A program made the position numbers and the translations under genes. A DNA stretch of 64,000 bases from Alphaproteobacteria bacterium (GTDB lineage Bacteria > Pseudomonadota > Alphaproteobacteria > MPNO01 > UBA830), in contig OZ251539.1 of NCBI GenBank assembly GCA_965243135.1, positions 3,040,001 to 3,104,000 of the forward strand, in the 5' to 3' direction. Positions 43,506 to 53,704 of this stretch are shown one piece after another. The notes under the pieces are model-generated. The model was not told where the DNA came from. It saw nothing but the letters and a program-made list of their open reading frames with translations, and searched no databases. Each line of letters begins with the position of its first letter. Position 1 is the first letter of the stretch.

Positions 43506-44509
43506 AATTCTGCGTGTTCGGAGCGGGCGCCGTCGGCGGATTCGTCGGCGGCATGATGGCGCGATCCGGCGCCGAGGTTTCCCTGATCGCGCGAGGCGAG
43601 CATCTCGCGGCGATGCGCCGAGGCGGCCTGAAGGTCGTCGCCGGAGACGAAGAGTTCACGGCCTCGGCGACGGCCACCGACCGGCCGGCCGATCTCGGAG
43701 AGCAGGACGTGATTTTTCTTTCGACCAAAGCGCATGCGCTCGCCGACGCGGCGGCGGCGATGCAGCCGCTGCTTGGAAGCGACACCGTCGTCGTCGCGGC
43801 TCAGAACGGCCTGCCGTTCTGGTATTTCCACGCTCATGGCGGCCCGCATGACGGGCGGACGCTGCAGAGCGTCGATCCCGGCGGGAGGATCGCCGCCGGG
43901 ATCGGACGCCGCCGCGCGATCGGATGCGTCATCACGTCGAGCAACGAGGTGGTCGCGCCCGGCATCGTCCGCAACGTCGGAAATCGGACTTTCGCTCTCG
44001 GCGAACCCGGCGGATCGCTGTCCGACCGCCTTCGCCGCGTCGCCGCGGCCATGGAGGCGGCCGGCCTGGAGGCGCCCCTCCATTCGAAGATCCGCGACGA
44101 AATCTGGCTGAAGCTGTGGGGCAACGTTTCGTTCAGCTGCATGGCGGCGCTGACGACGGCGCGCCTCGGCCCGTTGGTCGAGCGTCCGGATCTCGGGCGG
44201 CTGGCCACCGTCATCATGGAAGAAGTCCGGAAGGTGGGAGAAGCGCTGGGCGTGACGTTCCGGGACGGCATCGACGGACGGATCGCCAACACCCGGAAGG
44301 TGGCGGGACACAAGACCTCGCTCCTGCAGGATCTCGAACGGGGACGCCCGATGGAAGTGGACGCGATCGCCGGATCCGTGATCGAACTGGCGCGCCTGCT
44401 CGGCTTGGAAACGCCGACGGTCGATCTGATCTACGCCCTGCTTCGGCAGCGGGCGCGGGAAGCAGGCCTCTACCCGGAAACCGGATTCGACCCGCTCGCC
44501 CCTACCTGA
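43502..44509 (+). CDS. ketopantoate reductase family protein
   Basis: GAGAVGG, AQNG, WLKLWGN, KTSLLQDLERGRPMEVD. Confidence 0.9.
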   Translation: MKFCVFGAGAVGGFVGGMMARSGAEVSLIARGEHLAAMRRGGLKVVAGDEEFTASATATDRPADLGEQDVIFLSTKAHALADAAAAMQPLLGSDTVVVAAQNGLPFWYFHAHGGPHDGRTLQSVDPGGRIAAGIGRRRAIGCVITSSNEVVAPGIVRNVGNRTFALGEPGGSLSDRLRRVAAAMEAAGLEAPLHSKIRDEIWLKLWGNVSFSCMAALTTARLGPLVERPDLGRLATVIMEEVRKVGEALGVTFRDGIDGRIANTRKVAGHKTSLLQDLERGRPMEVDAIAGSVIELARLLGLETPTVDLIYALLRQRAREAGLYPETGFDPLAPT

Positions 44510-44964
44510 AAGACCGCCTCGACCTCGATGGCGACGCCGAGCGGCATGGACGCCACGCCGATCGCCGTGCGCGCATGACGACCGCATTCGCCGAACAGTT
44601 CGTTGAACAACTCGGAAGCGGCGTTCAATACGTGCGGCACCGCGGTGAACTCGGGGTCGACGTTGACGTAGCCCTTGATCTTGACCACCTCCTCGATGCG
44701 GTCGAGATCGCCGAGCGCCTCCTTGGCGCAGGCCAGAACCATCAACGCGCTGGCGCGGGCGGCCTCCCTTCCTTCCTCGAGGGAGAATTCTCGCCCGACC
44801 TTCCCGACGAAAGAGACCTCGCCGTCGACGCGCGGCACCTGCCCCGAAACGAAGAGCAGATCGCCCGCCATTTTCCAGTTTCGAATTTTGGCGACCGTCG
44901 GGCTGGCGGTGCCGGGCAACGCGACGCCCATCTCCGAGAGTCTCGCTTCGATCTTTCCCGCCAT
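44470..44964 (-). CDS. RidA/YjgF family protein
   Basis: FVSGQVP, LNAASELF, GRHARTAIGV..LGVAIEVE. Confidence 0.92.
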   Translation of the reverse strand: MAGKIEARLSEMGVALPGTASPTVAKIRNWKMAGDLLFVSGQVPRVDGEVSFVGKVGREFSLEEGREAARASALMVLACAKEALGDLDRIEEVVKIKGYVNVDPEFTAVPHVLNAASELFNELFGECGRHARTAIGVASMPLGVAIEVEAVFQVGASGSNPVSG

Positions 44965-45080
44965 TTTTCCGGCTCCTTGAATTTCGGCTGGCAACCCAAC
45001 GGGTTCCCCTAATCAACTCCGAGATTGCCCCCGCCTGATTCGCACGACGGCGCGCCGACCAATCATCGCAGGATTCGCGG

Positions 45081-45476
45081 TCAAGGGTTATAGGGTTCCA
45101 TGGTCGGAGACGAAGTAACCCGCGCGGAGCTCACGGAGCTGAGCGAACTCGCGGTGGAAGGAAAGCTCCCAATGGTTGCCGCCGAGCTCGCCGTGTTTGG
45201 GGCCGAGCCGCCGACGACCGCCATCAGCGCCTCGTCCCGGAGCGTCCGGTTCGGGTCGGGAGGCATGGCCAAATGGAAGGTGTCGTGGGTGTTGAGGACG
45301 ATGTTCACGTCCACATCCATCGACACATGGATTCCATGTTCCCGCAGAACGTCCTTCGGACGCTCCTCGACCTCGCGCAGCCGATCCTCGTCGGAATGGC
45401 AGGCGTCGGCGAGGCCCTGAAGAATGATGCCCTGCTGGCGAACATATTGGTAGATGCCTTCCTGGTGAATATGCAT
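45081..45476 (-). CDS. NHLP/proteusin-type RiPP precursor with Ser/Thr-rich core
   Basis: nitrile-hydratase-like leader (ERPKDVLREHGI...VNIVLNTHDTFHLAMPPDP), cleavage motif LRDEALMAVVGG, core SAPNTASSAATIGSFPSTASSLSSVSSA... Confidence 0.8.
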   Translation of the reverse strand: MHIHQEGIYQYVRQQGIILQGLADACHSDEDRLREVEERPKDVLREHGIHVSMDVDVNIVLNTHDTFHLAMPPDPNRTLRDEALMAVVGGSAPNTASSAATIGSFPSTASSLSSVSSARVTSSPTMEPYNP

Positions 45477-45578
45477 GGTCGTCTTCCCTGCGATGTTTAG
45501 GCTCAGGACTCCCGCTATCGACTCCGAAGCGCAATACCGGCGGTCGGTGTGTGTGGCTGTGTGTGGCTGTGCAAGGAC

Positions 45579-45608
45579 AGTATGGGGATGGGTTGGCCGG
45601 TAAGTCAA
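45579..45608 (-). promoter_or_regulatory. putative promoter TTGACT-18bp-CATACT for the precursor gene
   Basis: -35 at 45608-45603, -10 at 45584-45579. Confidence 0.5.
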
Positions 45609-45749
45609 GGCGCGGTGCCGGGTCGCCAGGGCGAATTCAAGAATGGCGCGGTCATTGCCAAGCGCTGCCCGCGAGGAGGCGGCAGCGTCGCGAGATCCGC
45701 ATCGGCGAGACGATGGCGGCGCGAGGCGGCGGCGGCGCGAGGCCACCGG

Positions 45750-45960
45750 TCGGGCGTCAGAAGACCTCCGTGGTCAGCTCTCGAACGGCCTGGCGCGAAT
45801 CGTAGTGCCGGTGAGCCTGCGGCAGGTAATCGTCCGCGCAACCGAACGATGGAGATCGCGGCATTACGGGCCAGTGCACGGGCACTGCCGCCGACGTGGT
45901 TGCGGCGGCGATCCTCGTCGTAGGTCATGTCGCGAACATACGGCCGCGTTGTCCACGAAC
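45750..45960 (-). pseudogene. ISAs1-family transposase C-terminal remnant
   Basis: YVRDMTYDEDRRR...NAAISIVRLRGR. Confidence 0.65.
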
Positions 45961-46149
45961 ACGGTCGGGACCGTCGCGGTGACGCAACAGGGAATCCAGG
46001 GGGCCGCGTCGCGCCAAACGATCGACGAGACCCCTCGGGAAAGTCACCGAGGCGCGCTCGGGCATCACAGGACGCGAGGCGCCTTCCGCGAGGTTCCCTT
46101 AAAGGCATTTCGCCTTGGCGGAAGCGGCGCAGCGCAACCGCTTCTCTCT

Positions 46150-46178
46150 TTGACCGCCACGGTCCGCGGGCGTATTCT
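46150..46178 (+). promoter_or_regulatory. promoter TTGACC-17bp-TATTCT, leaderless
   Basis: -35 at 46150-46155, -10 at 46173-46178, ATG at 46185. Confidence 0.7.
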
Positions 46179-46184
46179 GTCCGA

Positions 46185-47753
46185 ATGGAAAAACGCATGC
46201 TTCCGATCGGCCTGACCTCCCTCCAGAAAATCCGGAGGAGGGACTGCTACTACGTCGACAAGACGGACCATGTGCGCCGCCTCGTCGAAGGGGGCGATTA
46301 CTATTTCCTGTCGCGTCCGCGCCGGTTCGGCAAGACCCTCCTGGTGGACACGCTCCAGAAGTTGTTCGACCCTCCTGGTGGACACGCTCCAGAAGTTGTT
46401 CGAGGGAAGCGAGGAGCCGTTCCGGGGCCTCGCCATACACGGCAAGTGGGACTGGTCGGCGCGCCGGTGCGGCTGGATTTCAGCGGCGTGGGCCGTTTCG
46501 ACACCCCGGACGGGGTTCGGGGAACCGTGGAAAGGCAACTGGCGGCGACGGAGAGGCGCGCCGGCCTCGAACCGGGTCCCGCCGGGACGGCGGTCCGTTT
46601 CCACGAGTTGATCGAGGCCCTGCACGAGCGCACCGGACAGCAGGCGGTCGTTCTGGTCGACGAATACGACAAGCCGATTCTGGACGCGCTCGGCGACCGG
46701 GAACTGGCGCTGGCCAACCGCGATTTCCTGCGCAGCCTGTACGGGGTGATCAAGGCTTCCGACGAGCAACTCCGTTTCGTTTTCCTGACGGGGGTGAGCA
46801 GGTTTTCGCGGGCGGGCATTTTCTCGGGCCTGAACAACCTGCGCGACATCACCCTCGATCCGCGTTTCGGCGCCATCTGCGGCTATACCGACGACGAGCT
46901 GGACGCGGTCTTCGCCCCGGAACTCGAGGGCCTGGACCGGCAGAAGGTCCGGCGCTGGTACAACGGCTACAACTGGCGCGGACCGGAGAGGGTCTACAAC
47001 CCGTTCGACATCCTCCTTCTCTTCGAAACGCGCGAGTTCGAGGAGCACTGGTTCCAGACCGGCACGCCGACCTTCCTCGCCGACCTTCTGGCGCGTCGCC
47101 GGGTCTCGGCGCCGGACCTGGAGGGCGCGGTCGCGAACGCCACGCTGCTGTCGGCCTTCGACGTCGACCGCATTCCCGTCGAGACGTTTTTGTTCCAGGC
47201 CGGTTATCTGACCATCGCCGACGAGAAGCGGGACGGGGACGCGCTCCTTTACCGGCTGGACTACCCGAACCAGGAGGTGAAGCGCAGCCTGAACGAGCTC
47301 CTGCTGCAGACGATGGCGCCGGGCGTCGCGGTCGCGGCGGAGAGCCAGGAGTTGCGCCGCCTGATGCGGACGAACGACTTCGCGGGCATCGAGCGGCAGT
47401 TCCGGGCGTTGCTGGCGAGCATCCCGAACGAACGGTGCGCGAACACGGGCATGGCCGGCTACGAGGCGCACTATGCGAGCGTGTTCTACTCGCACTTCGT
47501 GGCGGCGGGAATGGACGTCCGCGCCGAGGAGAGCACGGCGCGCGGCCGCTCGGACCTGGCGGTCCTGTACGACGGCGGCGTCTACCTGTTCGAGTTCAAG
47601 GTCGCGGACGGGAAGGGGCGGGCGCTGGCGCAGATTCGGGAGCGCGGCTACGCGGACAAGTACCGGCGTCCGGGCGTGCCGGTCCACCTGATCGGCATCG
47701 AGTTCGGCCGGGAAGAACGCAACATCGTGGATTTCAGGTTCGAGACCGTCTGA
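46185..47753 (+). CDS. AAA-ATPase-like + PD-(D/E)XK nuclease protein, copy 4, with a compensated internal frameshift (possibly nonfunctional)
   Basis: 34-bp tandem duplication 46336-46403 plus a 7-bp net loss near 46465 restores the frame. Confidence 0.8.
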   Translation: MEKRMLPIGLTSLQKIRRRDCYYVDKTDHVRRLVEGGDYYFLSRPRRFGKTLLVDTLQKLFDPPGGHAPEVVRGKRGAVPGPRHTRQVGLVGAPVRLDFSGVGRFDTPDGVRGTVERQLAATERRAGLEPGPAGTAVRFHELIEALHERTGQQAVVLVDEYDKPILDALGDRELALANRDFLRSLYGVIKASDEQLRFVFLTGVSRFSRAGIFSGLNNLRDITLDPRFGAICGYTDDELDAVFAPELEGLDRQKVRRWYNGYNWRGPERVYNPFDILLLFETREFEEHWFQTGTPTFLADLLARRRVSAPDLEGAVANATLLSAFDVDRIPVETFLFQAGYLTIADEKRDGDALLYRLDYPNQEVKRSLNELLLQTMAPGVAVAAESQELRRLMRTNDFAGIERQFRALLASIPNERCANTGMAGYEAHYASVFYSHFVAAGMDVRAEESTARGRSDLAVLYDGGVYLFEFKVADGKGRALAQIRERGYADKYRRPGVPVHLIGIEFGREERNIVDFRFETV

Positions 47754-47819
47754 AGCCGGGAGCCGTCCCGTTCGAACATTTCGGCAGGCGGCGCCTCCGC
47801 GAAAGGCGTCGGCAGACCG

Positions 47820-48480
47820 CGCCGCGAGTCGCCATGCATCTCGTCGAGGACGGCCGTTGTTTCCGCCGGGTTGGCGCCGACGGCCTGACGGAACGCGCTG
47901 CCGAGGGGAGGCGCCGTCCGCCATCGCACGGCGCCCCGGTGGCGCGAACCCGCGTCGCCCTCCCAGTCCCCGACCCGCGACTTCTCCTCGACGATTTCCG
48001 GGCGCACGTCCACCTGGTCGGGAATGCAGCCGCGGCCCACCTGCCCTTTGGCGCGCGAGTTCCGCTTCTTGCCGCGTCGCCATCGGAACAACGTTCCGCC
48101 AGTCCCTTCCACACGTGTCTGCCACTCGCGGCGCTCGACCCCCGAGGCGCAGGCGTCCCGAGTCCAGACTCCACTGCAGGGCCAGATTCTCATCGACTTC
48201 GCCCCGCCGCTCCGGGAGCCCGAGGCCGCGCCGAAGCCATGCTGCGGCGCTCGGTCGCCAGCCGGTCGGCCAGGTCGCGCCGGCCCGCGTTGCGGGTCGG
48301 GTCGCGGCCTCGCCGCTTTCCTTCATCATGTCAATCTGCCAACGTTCGTCGCGGGTCAGGTGATGATAGGCGTTGGCCATGGGGAAATTTCCGTTTTTGA
48401 ACTCGCTATCGCCTGACCTTTCCGCAACATCTTGCTGCAAACGGTCGGTCAGCCACCACCATGTTGCACTTCAAACTTGA
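47820..48480 (-). mobile_element. IS30-family remnant
   Basis: YHHLTRDERWQI, RPEIVEEKSRVGDWEGD fragments; terminal-like TTCAAGTTTGAAGTGCAACA at 48480-48461. Confidence 0.8.
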
Positions 48481-48573
48481 AGGAGCGGGTTGAAGAGCGG
48501 AAACGAAACGAACGGGCGAAACGCGCGGCGGCGGCCGAGACGCCGCCGAGCCGGCTTGCGGCGGACGGAGGCG

Positions 48574-49956
48574 ATGCGCATCGAACGCGACAGCATGGGC
48601 GAGATCCGGGTCCCGGCGGACAGCTATTGGGGCGCGCAGACGCAGCGCAGCCTGGAAAACTTTCCGATCGGAACGGAGAAAATCCCGGACAGCCTGATTC
48701 GCGCCTTCGGCGTCCAGAAGAAAGCGGCGGCGCTGGCCAACATGGCGCTCGGCGCGCTCGACGAAAGACTCGGGCGCGCCATCGCCGAGGCGGCGGATTC
48801 GGTCGCGTCCGGCAAGCTGTCGGATCACTTTCCCCTGCCGGTCTGGCAGACGGGATCGGGCACCCAGACGAACATGAACGCGAACGAGGTCATCGCCAAC
48901 CTCGCGAACCGAGCGTTGGGAGAGCCGCTGGGCGCCATGTTCCCGGTCCATCCCAACGACCACGTGAACCGCGGCCAGTCGTCCAACGATTCGTTCCCGA
49001 CCGCGATGCACGTCGCCGCGGCGACGGAAACCACGGATCGATTGCTGCCGTCGCTGACCGCGCTGCGGGAATCCCTGCGGAGAAAGCAGAACGAATTCGC
49101 CGAGGTCGTGAAGATCGGCCGCACCCATCTTCAGGATGCGACGCCGCTTACCCTGGGCCAGGAATTCTCGGCGCATGCGCGGCAGGTCGACGCCGGTATC
49201 GAACGAGTCGAGACGGCGCTGCCGCGGATCCTGGAAGTGGCCCAGGGCGGCACGGCGGTCGGCACCGGCCTCAACGCCGCTCCCGGGTTCGACCGCGCCT
49301 TCTGCGCCGAACTCCGAAAGCTGACGGGCCTCGATTTCCGTCCTGCGGTCAACAAGTTCGAGGCGATGGCGGCGCACGACGCGATCGTCGAAATGTCCGG
49401 CGCTCTCAACGTTCTCGCCGTGTCCCTGATGAAGATCGCCAACGACGTCCGGCTGCTCGCGTCGGGCCCGCGGGCGGGTTTCGGCGAGATCGTCTTGCCG
49501 GCCAACGAGCCGGGATCGTCGATCATGCCCGGCAAGGCGAATCCGACGCAGGCGGAAGCGCTGACCATGGTTTGCGCGCAGGCGATGGGCAACCATGCCG
49601 CGATCACGGTCGCGGGGTCGCATGGACATCTGCAGCTCAACGTTTTCAAGCCGGTGATGATCTACGACCTGTTGCAGTCGATCGGGCTTCTCTCCGACGC
49701 GGGCCGCAGCTTCGCCGAACGGTGCGTGGACGGCATCGCGGTCGACGCGGAGCGGGTGGCCGCGCTGGTGGAGCGGTCCCTGATGCTGGTGACGGCCCTC
49801 GCTCCGCATATCGGCTACGACAGGGCGGCGGAAATCGCCGGAACGGCATGGCGCGAAGGCAGGACGCTGCGCGACGCGGCACTGCGAAGCGGATACGTCG
49901 ACGGGCCGTCGTTCGACCGGTGGGTGGATCCGGCCGCCATGATCCGGCCTGCCTGA
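48574..49956 (+). CDS. fumC: class II fumarate hydratase
   Basis: [39 protein letters not shown]. Confidence 0.97.
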   Translation: MRIERDSMGEIRVPADSYWGAQTQRSLENFPIGTEKIPDSLIRAFGVQKKAAALANMALGALDERLGRAIAEAADSVASGKLSDHFPLPVWQTGSGTQTNMNANEVIANLANRALGEPLGAMFPVHPNDHVNRGQSSNDSFPTAMHVAAATETTDRLLPSLTALRESLRRKQNEFAEVVKIGRTHLQDATPLTLGQEFSAHARQVDAGIERVETALPRILEVAQGGTAVGTGLNAAPGFDRAFCAELRKLTGLDFRPAVNKFEAMAAHDAIVEMSGALNVLAVSLMKIANDVRLLASGPRAGFGEIVLPANEPGSSIMPGKANPTQAEALTMVCAQAMGNHAAITVAGSHGHLQLNVFKPVMIYDLLQSIGLLSDAGRSFAERCVDGIAVDAERVAALVERSLMLVTALAPHIGYDRAAEIAGTAWREGRTLRDAALRSGYVDGPSFDRWVDPAAMIRPA

Positions 49957-49974
49957 ACGCCCGCCGGGAAACCG

Positions 49975-52900
49975 CTACCGTTCGATCCCCCTCAGGAGCC
50001 CCTTGAGCAGTTCGGCGGGATCGACTTCTCCCCCTCGCGGTTCCTGGAGCTGTTCGCGGTTGGGCGGATTGTCCGTTCGCTCCCTTCGTTCGGCGGACGG
50101 GGGCTTTTCGTCGCGGACGGCGTCGAGAACGCCTTTCAACAAATCTCCGGGCGCGACGGGCATCGGCAGTTTCGCGCCGCCGGGTCCGCGGATGATGCCG
50201 TCGATCAGGCCCTCCACGCCGCGCACCGGCAACCAGTCTTCGAGACTCTTGATGTCGGGAACCGCCTGAAGACGATCCGGCGGCCCGGTGATGCGTATCC
50301 CCAGCGGAGGCAGGACAGCCTGCCCCAACAGGCGCAATTGGACGGCGACGTCGAGCGTCCAGGCCGGCAAATCGAAGGATCCCTTCGCGCTGCTGGTTCC
50401 GGCGTCGGCGACCAGTTTCAGATCGTCGGTTCGGACCACTCCGTTGTCGACCGCGAACGTGCCGTCGAGCGCGCCGAATTCCGTCCGCTTCGCAGATCCG
50501 AGCGCCTCCGGCAGCTTCAAAACGCCTCCCGGATCCCGTAATAGTTCGCCGATTCTCGCAATATCGAATCCCTTCACTGCTCCGCCCTCGATGGCGACTT
50601 TGGCGTTCCCCCCGAGGGCCTTGACCATATCGAACTGCGACCGTCCGCGCGTGGCAAGCTCCGCGTTCAGGCTCACGGTTCCGACGGCGGCTCCCTCCGT
50701 CGCGTCCAGCTTCATCCTGTCGGCGACGATCGACGCCTGGGCCGCCGGAACGTCCCGCGCGTCCAGCACGCCCTTCAATTCGAAACTGCCGTCGAACATG
50801 GATCCGGACAGTCGTTCGACGATCAGGACCTTGTCTTTCACCGCGGCGCCGACGGCGACCTCTCCGACTCGAAGGTCGCCGCGCGCCAGCGCCTCCGCCC
50901 GAAAATCGAAATCGCCGTCGAACAGATCAAGAGCGTCGAGATTTATCGGCGTCCGAGACCAGCGCCCTTTGCCGGCCGGCGCCGCGCCGTCGGGACGAGG
51001 CTCCCCGCTCGACCCGCCTTTCGCGCCGGGCGTTTCTTCGCTGCGTTCCAGAAAGTCGTCCAGCGCGACCGTGCCCGCCTGGAGAGACAGTTCCAGTTCC
51101 GGACGCGGTTCCGACGCGCGATAGGAACCCGCCCCGGAGACGCTCGCCGCGCCGATCGCGCCTTGCAGCCGGTCGACCTTGATCGACTCTTCGTCGCCCG
51201 CGAGCCCGGCCGTCAGCGCGACGGCGCCGGAACGCGGATTGGCGGGATTGAACGCGGGATCGAAATTCCGGACCAGCCGGACGAAATCGGGATGCCGAAA
51301 GTCGACGTTGAGATCGAATTCGGGGGCGTCCATGGGCTTGAGGACGGTGCCCGCGACCTTGAAGGAAGCGTCCAGCGCGCCGATCTCCGCGTCCAGAGCG
51401 ACGTTGTCCATGTCGCCCTTCGCGGAAACCTTCAACTTCGCGCCTCCTGCCTGAATGGCGGTCTCGCGGTCGGTGAACAGCGCGACGAAGCGCGCGAGAT
51501 CCGGGTGCCCGCCGTCGAGTTGCAGGTCGAAGCCGGGCGTCGCGCCCGGGTCGGAGACGAACCCTCGAAGAGTCCCGCCGAATTCGGCGACTTCCACCTG
51601 GGCGTCGACGGAGACCCGTTCGGCGGCCGCTTCGACTTCGCCGGACAACCGGATGCGCCCCAGGCGTTCCGGCGGCACCGGAGATTCGACGTCGAACGCC
51701 GCCAGCAGGCCGCCCGGATCTTCCGACGCGGCCGAAACGGTTCCCTTGAAGGCCGGCGTTCCGTCAAGGCCGGTTAGCTTGCCTTGAACGCGCGCGCCGG
51801 CTCCGGCCAAGTTGCGGAGGCTGGCCTCGCGCACGGTCAATTCGCCGTTCAGCAACGTGCCGTCGAAGCGCACGCCCTGAACGGACGTTTCCCTGTAGAC
51901 GAAATTGCCGACTCGAATGGCCAGATTGGCGTCGAACTTCTCCATGAAGGACAGCGGACCGCGTTGCGGCGCTTCCTCCGGTTCCGCCTTCCTGTCGTCC
52001 GGCGCGGGCGATTCCTTTTCCTGCGGAGCGGAAACGTACGCGTCGGCGTTGAACTGGTCGACGTTGAGGCTGGCGCCGAACGAAAGGCGGTCCTGCAGCG
52101 CGAACGTCACGCCGCCTTCGAGGCGGGAAGCATCGAACTGCATGCGGACATTCTCGATCCGGAGTTGGGACAGATCGCCCGCTATATCCGCTTCCGCGGT
52201 CATGCGGCGCAGCCGGTCGGCCCCTATGCCGGACGGGGCGGCGTCGAACCAGTCCAGCAAGGCGCGCAGGTTGGCCGAACGGAACGACATCTTCCCCGCA
52301 TAGCGCAACGAGCCGCCTTCTTCGTCCGCCGTTCCGGCGAGGCCGAGTTCCGCGTCGCCGGGAAGCGACGCGGAGAGCTTCTCCAGCGACAATGCGCCCT
52401 CTTTCAGCGCAGCCGAAAAACGGACGTTTCGAAGCGGTCTTCCCCCCGCCTGGATCTCGTCGGCCGCAAGATCGACGTTCACCTCGACGTCGCGCGGCAA
52501 ACGAATTCCAGCGGCTTCTGTCTCGCCGTCGGCCTCCTGGCCGCCGTCCGGCCGCCCTCCGGGCTCCGCGCCGGGCGGCCGGGGTTCATTCAGGAACGAA
52601 TCGGCATCGATCCGCGCCGCATTCAGATCGACGTCGACGCGAAGCGCGTCGCCTGTCGCCACGCTCGCTTTTCCCGAAACCTCCGAATCTTTCAGCCGGA
52701 ACTTCAGATCGTTCAGCGCGATCCGTCCGTCGGCCGCGACGACGTCGGCCTTGAAGGAGTACGGGAGGTCGGGCGTTTCCCGGGCCTCGCGGCCGGACAG
52801 CAGAGCCACCAGGGTCCGAAGGCTTTCCCCCTCGCCGTCAACCTCGGCCGACGCCCCGGAAGCGGAAGCTGTCCCCTTGGCGGAAACTACCGCCCCGCCG

Positions 52901-53571
52901 ACGCGCGCGCCGAGCGAAACGGGAACCGGAGGCCCATCGGCAATCCGTCCGACCGTCGCGTCGAACGTCAGGGGCGCGCCGCGGGCGATCATGCTTCCGC
53001 TCACGCTGAACGGACCGGAGAGAGACTCCGCCGCAACCTCGGCCGACAATCCCTCGATCTTCTCCGCCGCGCGGCCGTCGCGGTAGAAGACCGCCCCGTT
53101 CGTGACGGTCAGCCGGTTCACGCGAAACGCGAAGCCGGAAGGGGGGCCGAACCCGCGCTCCGGCCCCTGCCGGGAAACGGCGGCCGAGGCAAGATTCCAG
53201 TTCGCGCGACCGTCGGGCAACCGCTCCAGATGGATCTCCGGCTGAACGATCTCGATATGCGCGACTTCAAGGCGACCTCGGAGCAACGGCGCGATCTTGA
53301 TCCTGATCCTGAGAGCGCGGAGCGTGGCCATGTCGGCGCGGGCGGCGCCGCGCGCATTCGAAAGCCGCGCGTTGAAGGCCGTCAGGCGCGGCGCCGGAAG
53401 CACGTCGAGATCGAGGTCGCCGTCGATCGCCAACGTCCGACCGATCGCCTTTTCCACTTCCGCGGAGATCCGCGGCTTGTACGCGTTCCAGTCGATCAGA
53501 TCCGGCAGGATAAAAACCGTTCCCGCCAACAGGGCGACCAGAACCAGCAAGCCGTACGCCAATTTCTTCAT
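49975..53571 (-). CDS. AsmA family protein
   Basis: N-terminal TM, IDWNAYK...IGRTLAIDGDL, repeated beta-rich segments, AsmA-like C-terminus. Confidence 0.88.
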   Translation of the reverse strand: MKKLAYGLLVLVALLAGTVFILPDLIDWNAYKPRISAEVEKAIGRTLAIDGDLDLDVLPAPRLTAFNARLSNARGAARADMATLRALRIRIKIAPLLRGRLEVAHIEIVQPEIHLERLPDGRANWNLASAAVSRQGPERGFGPPSGFAFRVNRLTVTNGAVFYRDGRAAEKIEGLSAEVAAESLSGPFSVSGSMIARGAPLTFDATVGRIADGPPVPVSLGARVGGAVVSAKGTASASGASAEVDGEGESLRTLVALLSGREARETPDLPYSFKADVVAADGRIALNDLKFRLKDSEVSGKASVATGDALRVDVDLNAARIDADSFLNEPRPPGAEPGGRPDGGQEADGETEAAGIRLPRDVEVNVDLAADEIQAGGRPLRNVRFSAALKEGALSLEKLSASLPGDAELGLAGTADEEGGSLRYAGKMSFRSANLRALLDWFDAAPSGIGADRLRRMTAEADIAGDLSQLRIENVRMQFDASRLEGGVTFALQDRLSFGASLNVDQFNADAYVSAPQEKESPAPDDRKAEPEEAPQRGPLSFMEKFDANLAIRVGNFVYRETSVQGVRFDGTLLNGELTVREASLRNLAGAGARVQGKLTGLDGTPAFKGTVSAASEDPGGLLAAFDVESPVPPERLGRIRLSGEVEAAAERVSVDAQVEVAEFGGTLRGFVSDPGATPGFDLQLDGGHPDLARFVALFTDRETAIQAGGAKLKVSAKGDMDNVALDAEIGALDASFKVAGTVLKPMDAPEFDLNVDFRHPDFVRLVRNFDPAFNPANPRSGAVALTAGLAGDEESIKVDRLQGAIGAASVSGAGSYRASEPRPELELSLQAGTVALDDFLERSEETPGAKGGSSGEPRPDGAAPAGKGRWSRTPINLDALDLFDGDFDFRAEALARGDLRVGEVAVGAAVKDKVLIVERLSGSMFDGSFELKGVLDARDVPAAQASIVADRMKLDATEGAAVGTVSLNAELATRGRSQFDMVKALGGNAKVAIEGGAVKGFDIARIGELLRDPGGVLKLPEALGSAKRTEFGALDGTFAVDNGVVRTDDLKLVADAGTSSAKGSFDLPAWTLDVAVQLRLLGQAVLPPLGIRITGPPDRLQAVPDIKSLEDWLPVRGVEGLIDGIIRGPGGAKLPMPVAPGDLLKGVLDAVRDEKPPSAERRERTDNPPNREQLQEPRGGEVDPAELLKGLLRGIER

Positions 53572-53704
53572 CGTTCATCCGCCCGCGAGCCGGAGGCGCC
53601 ATCCCCCGGCCGAGAACGAACACACGGAGAGCGATGGCGAAAATCGCCGGCGAGCCGCGGCCGTTCTTCGACCCGGAACGCTTCCGGCGGCTCCCGGCAG
53701 GACC

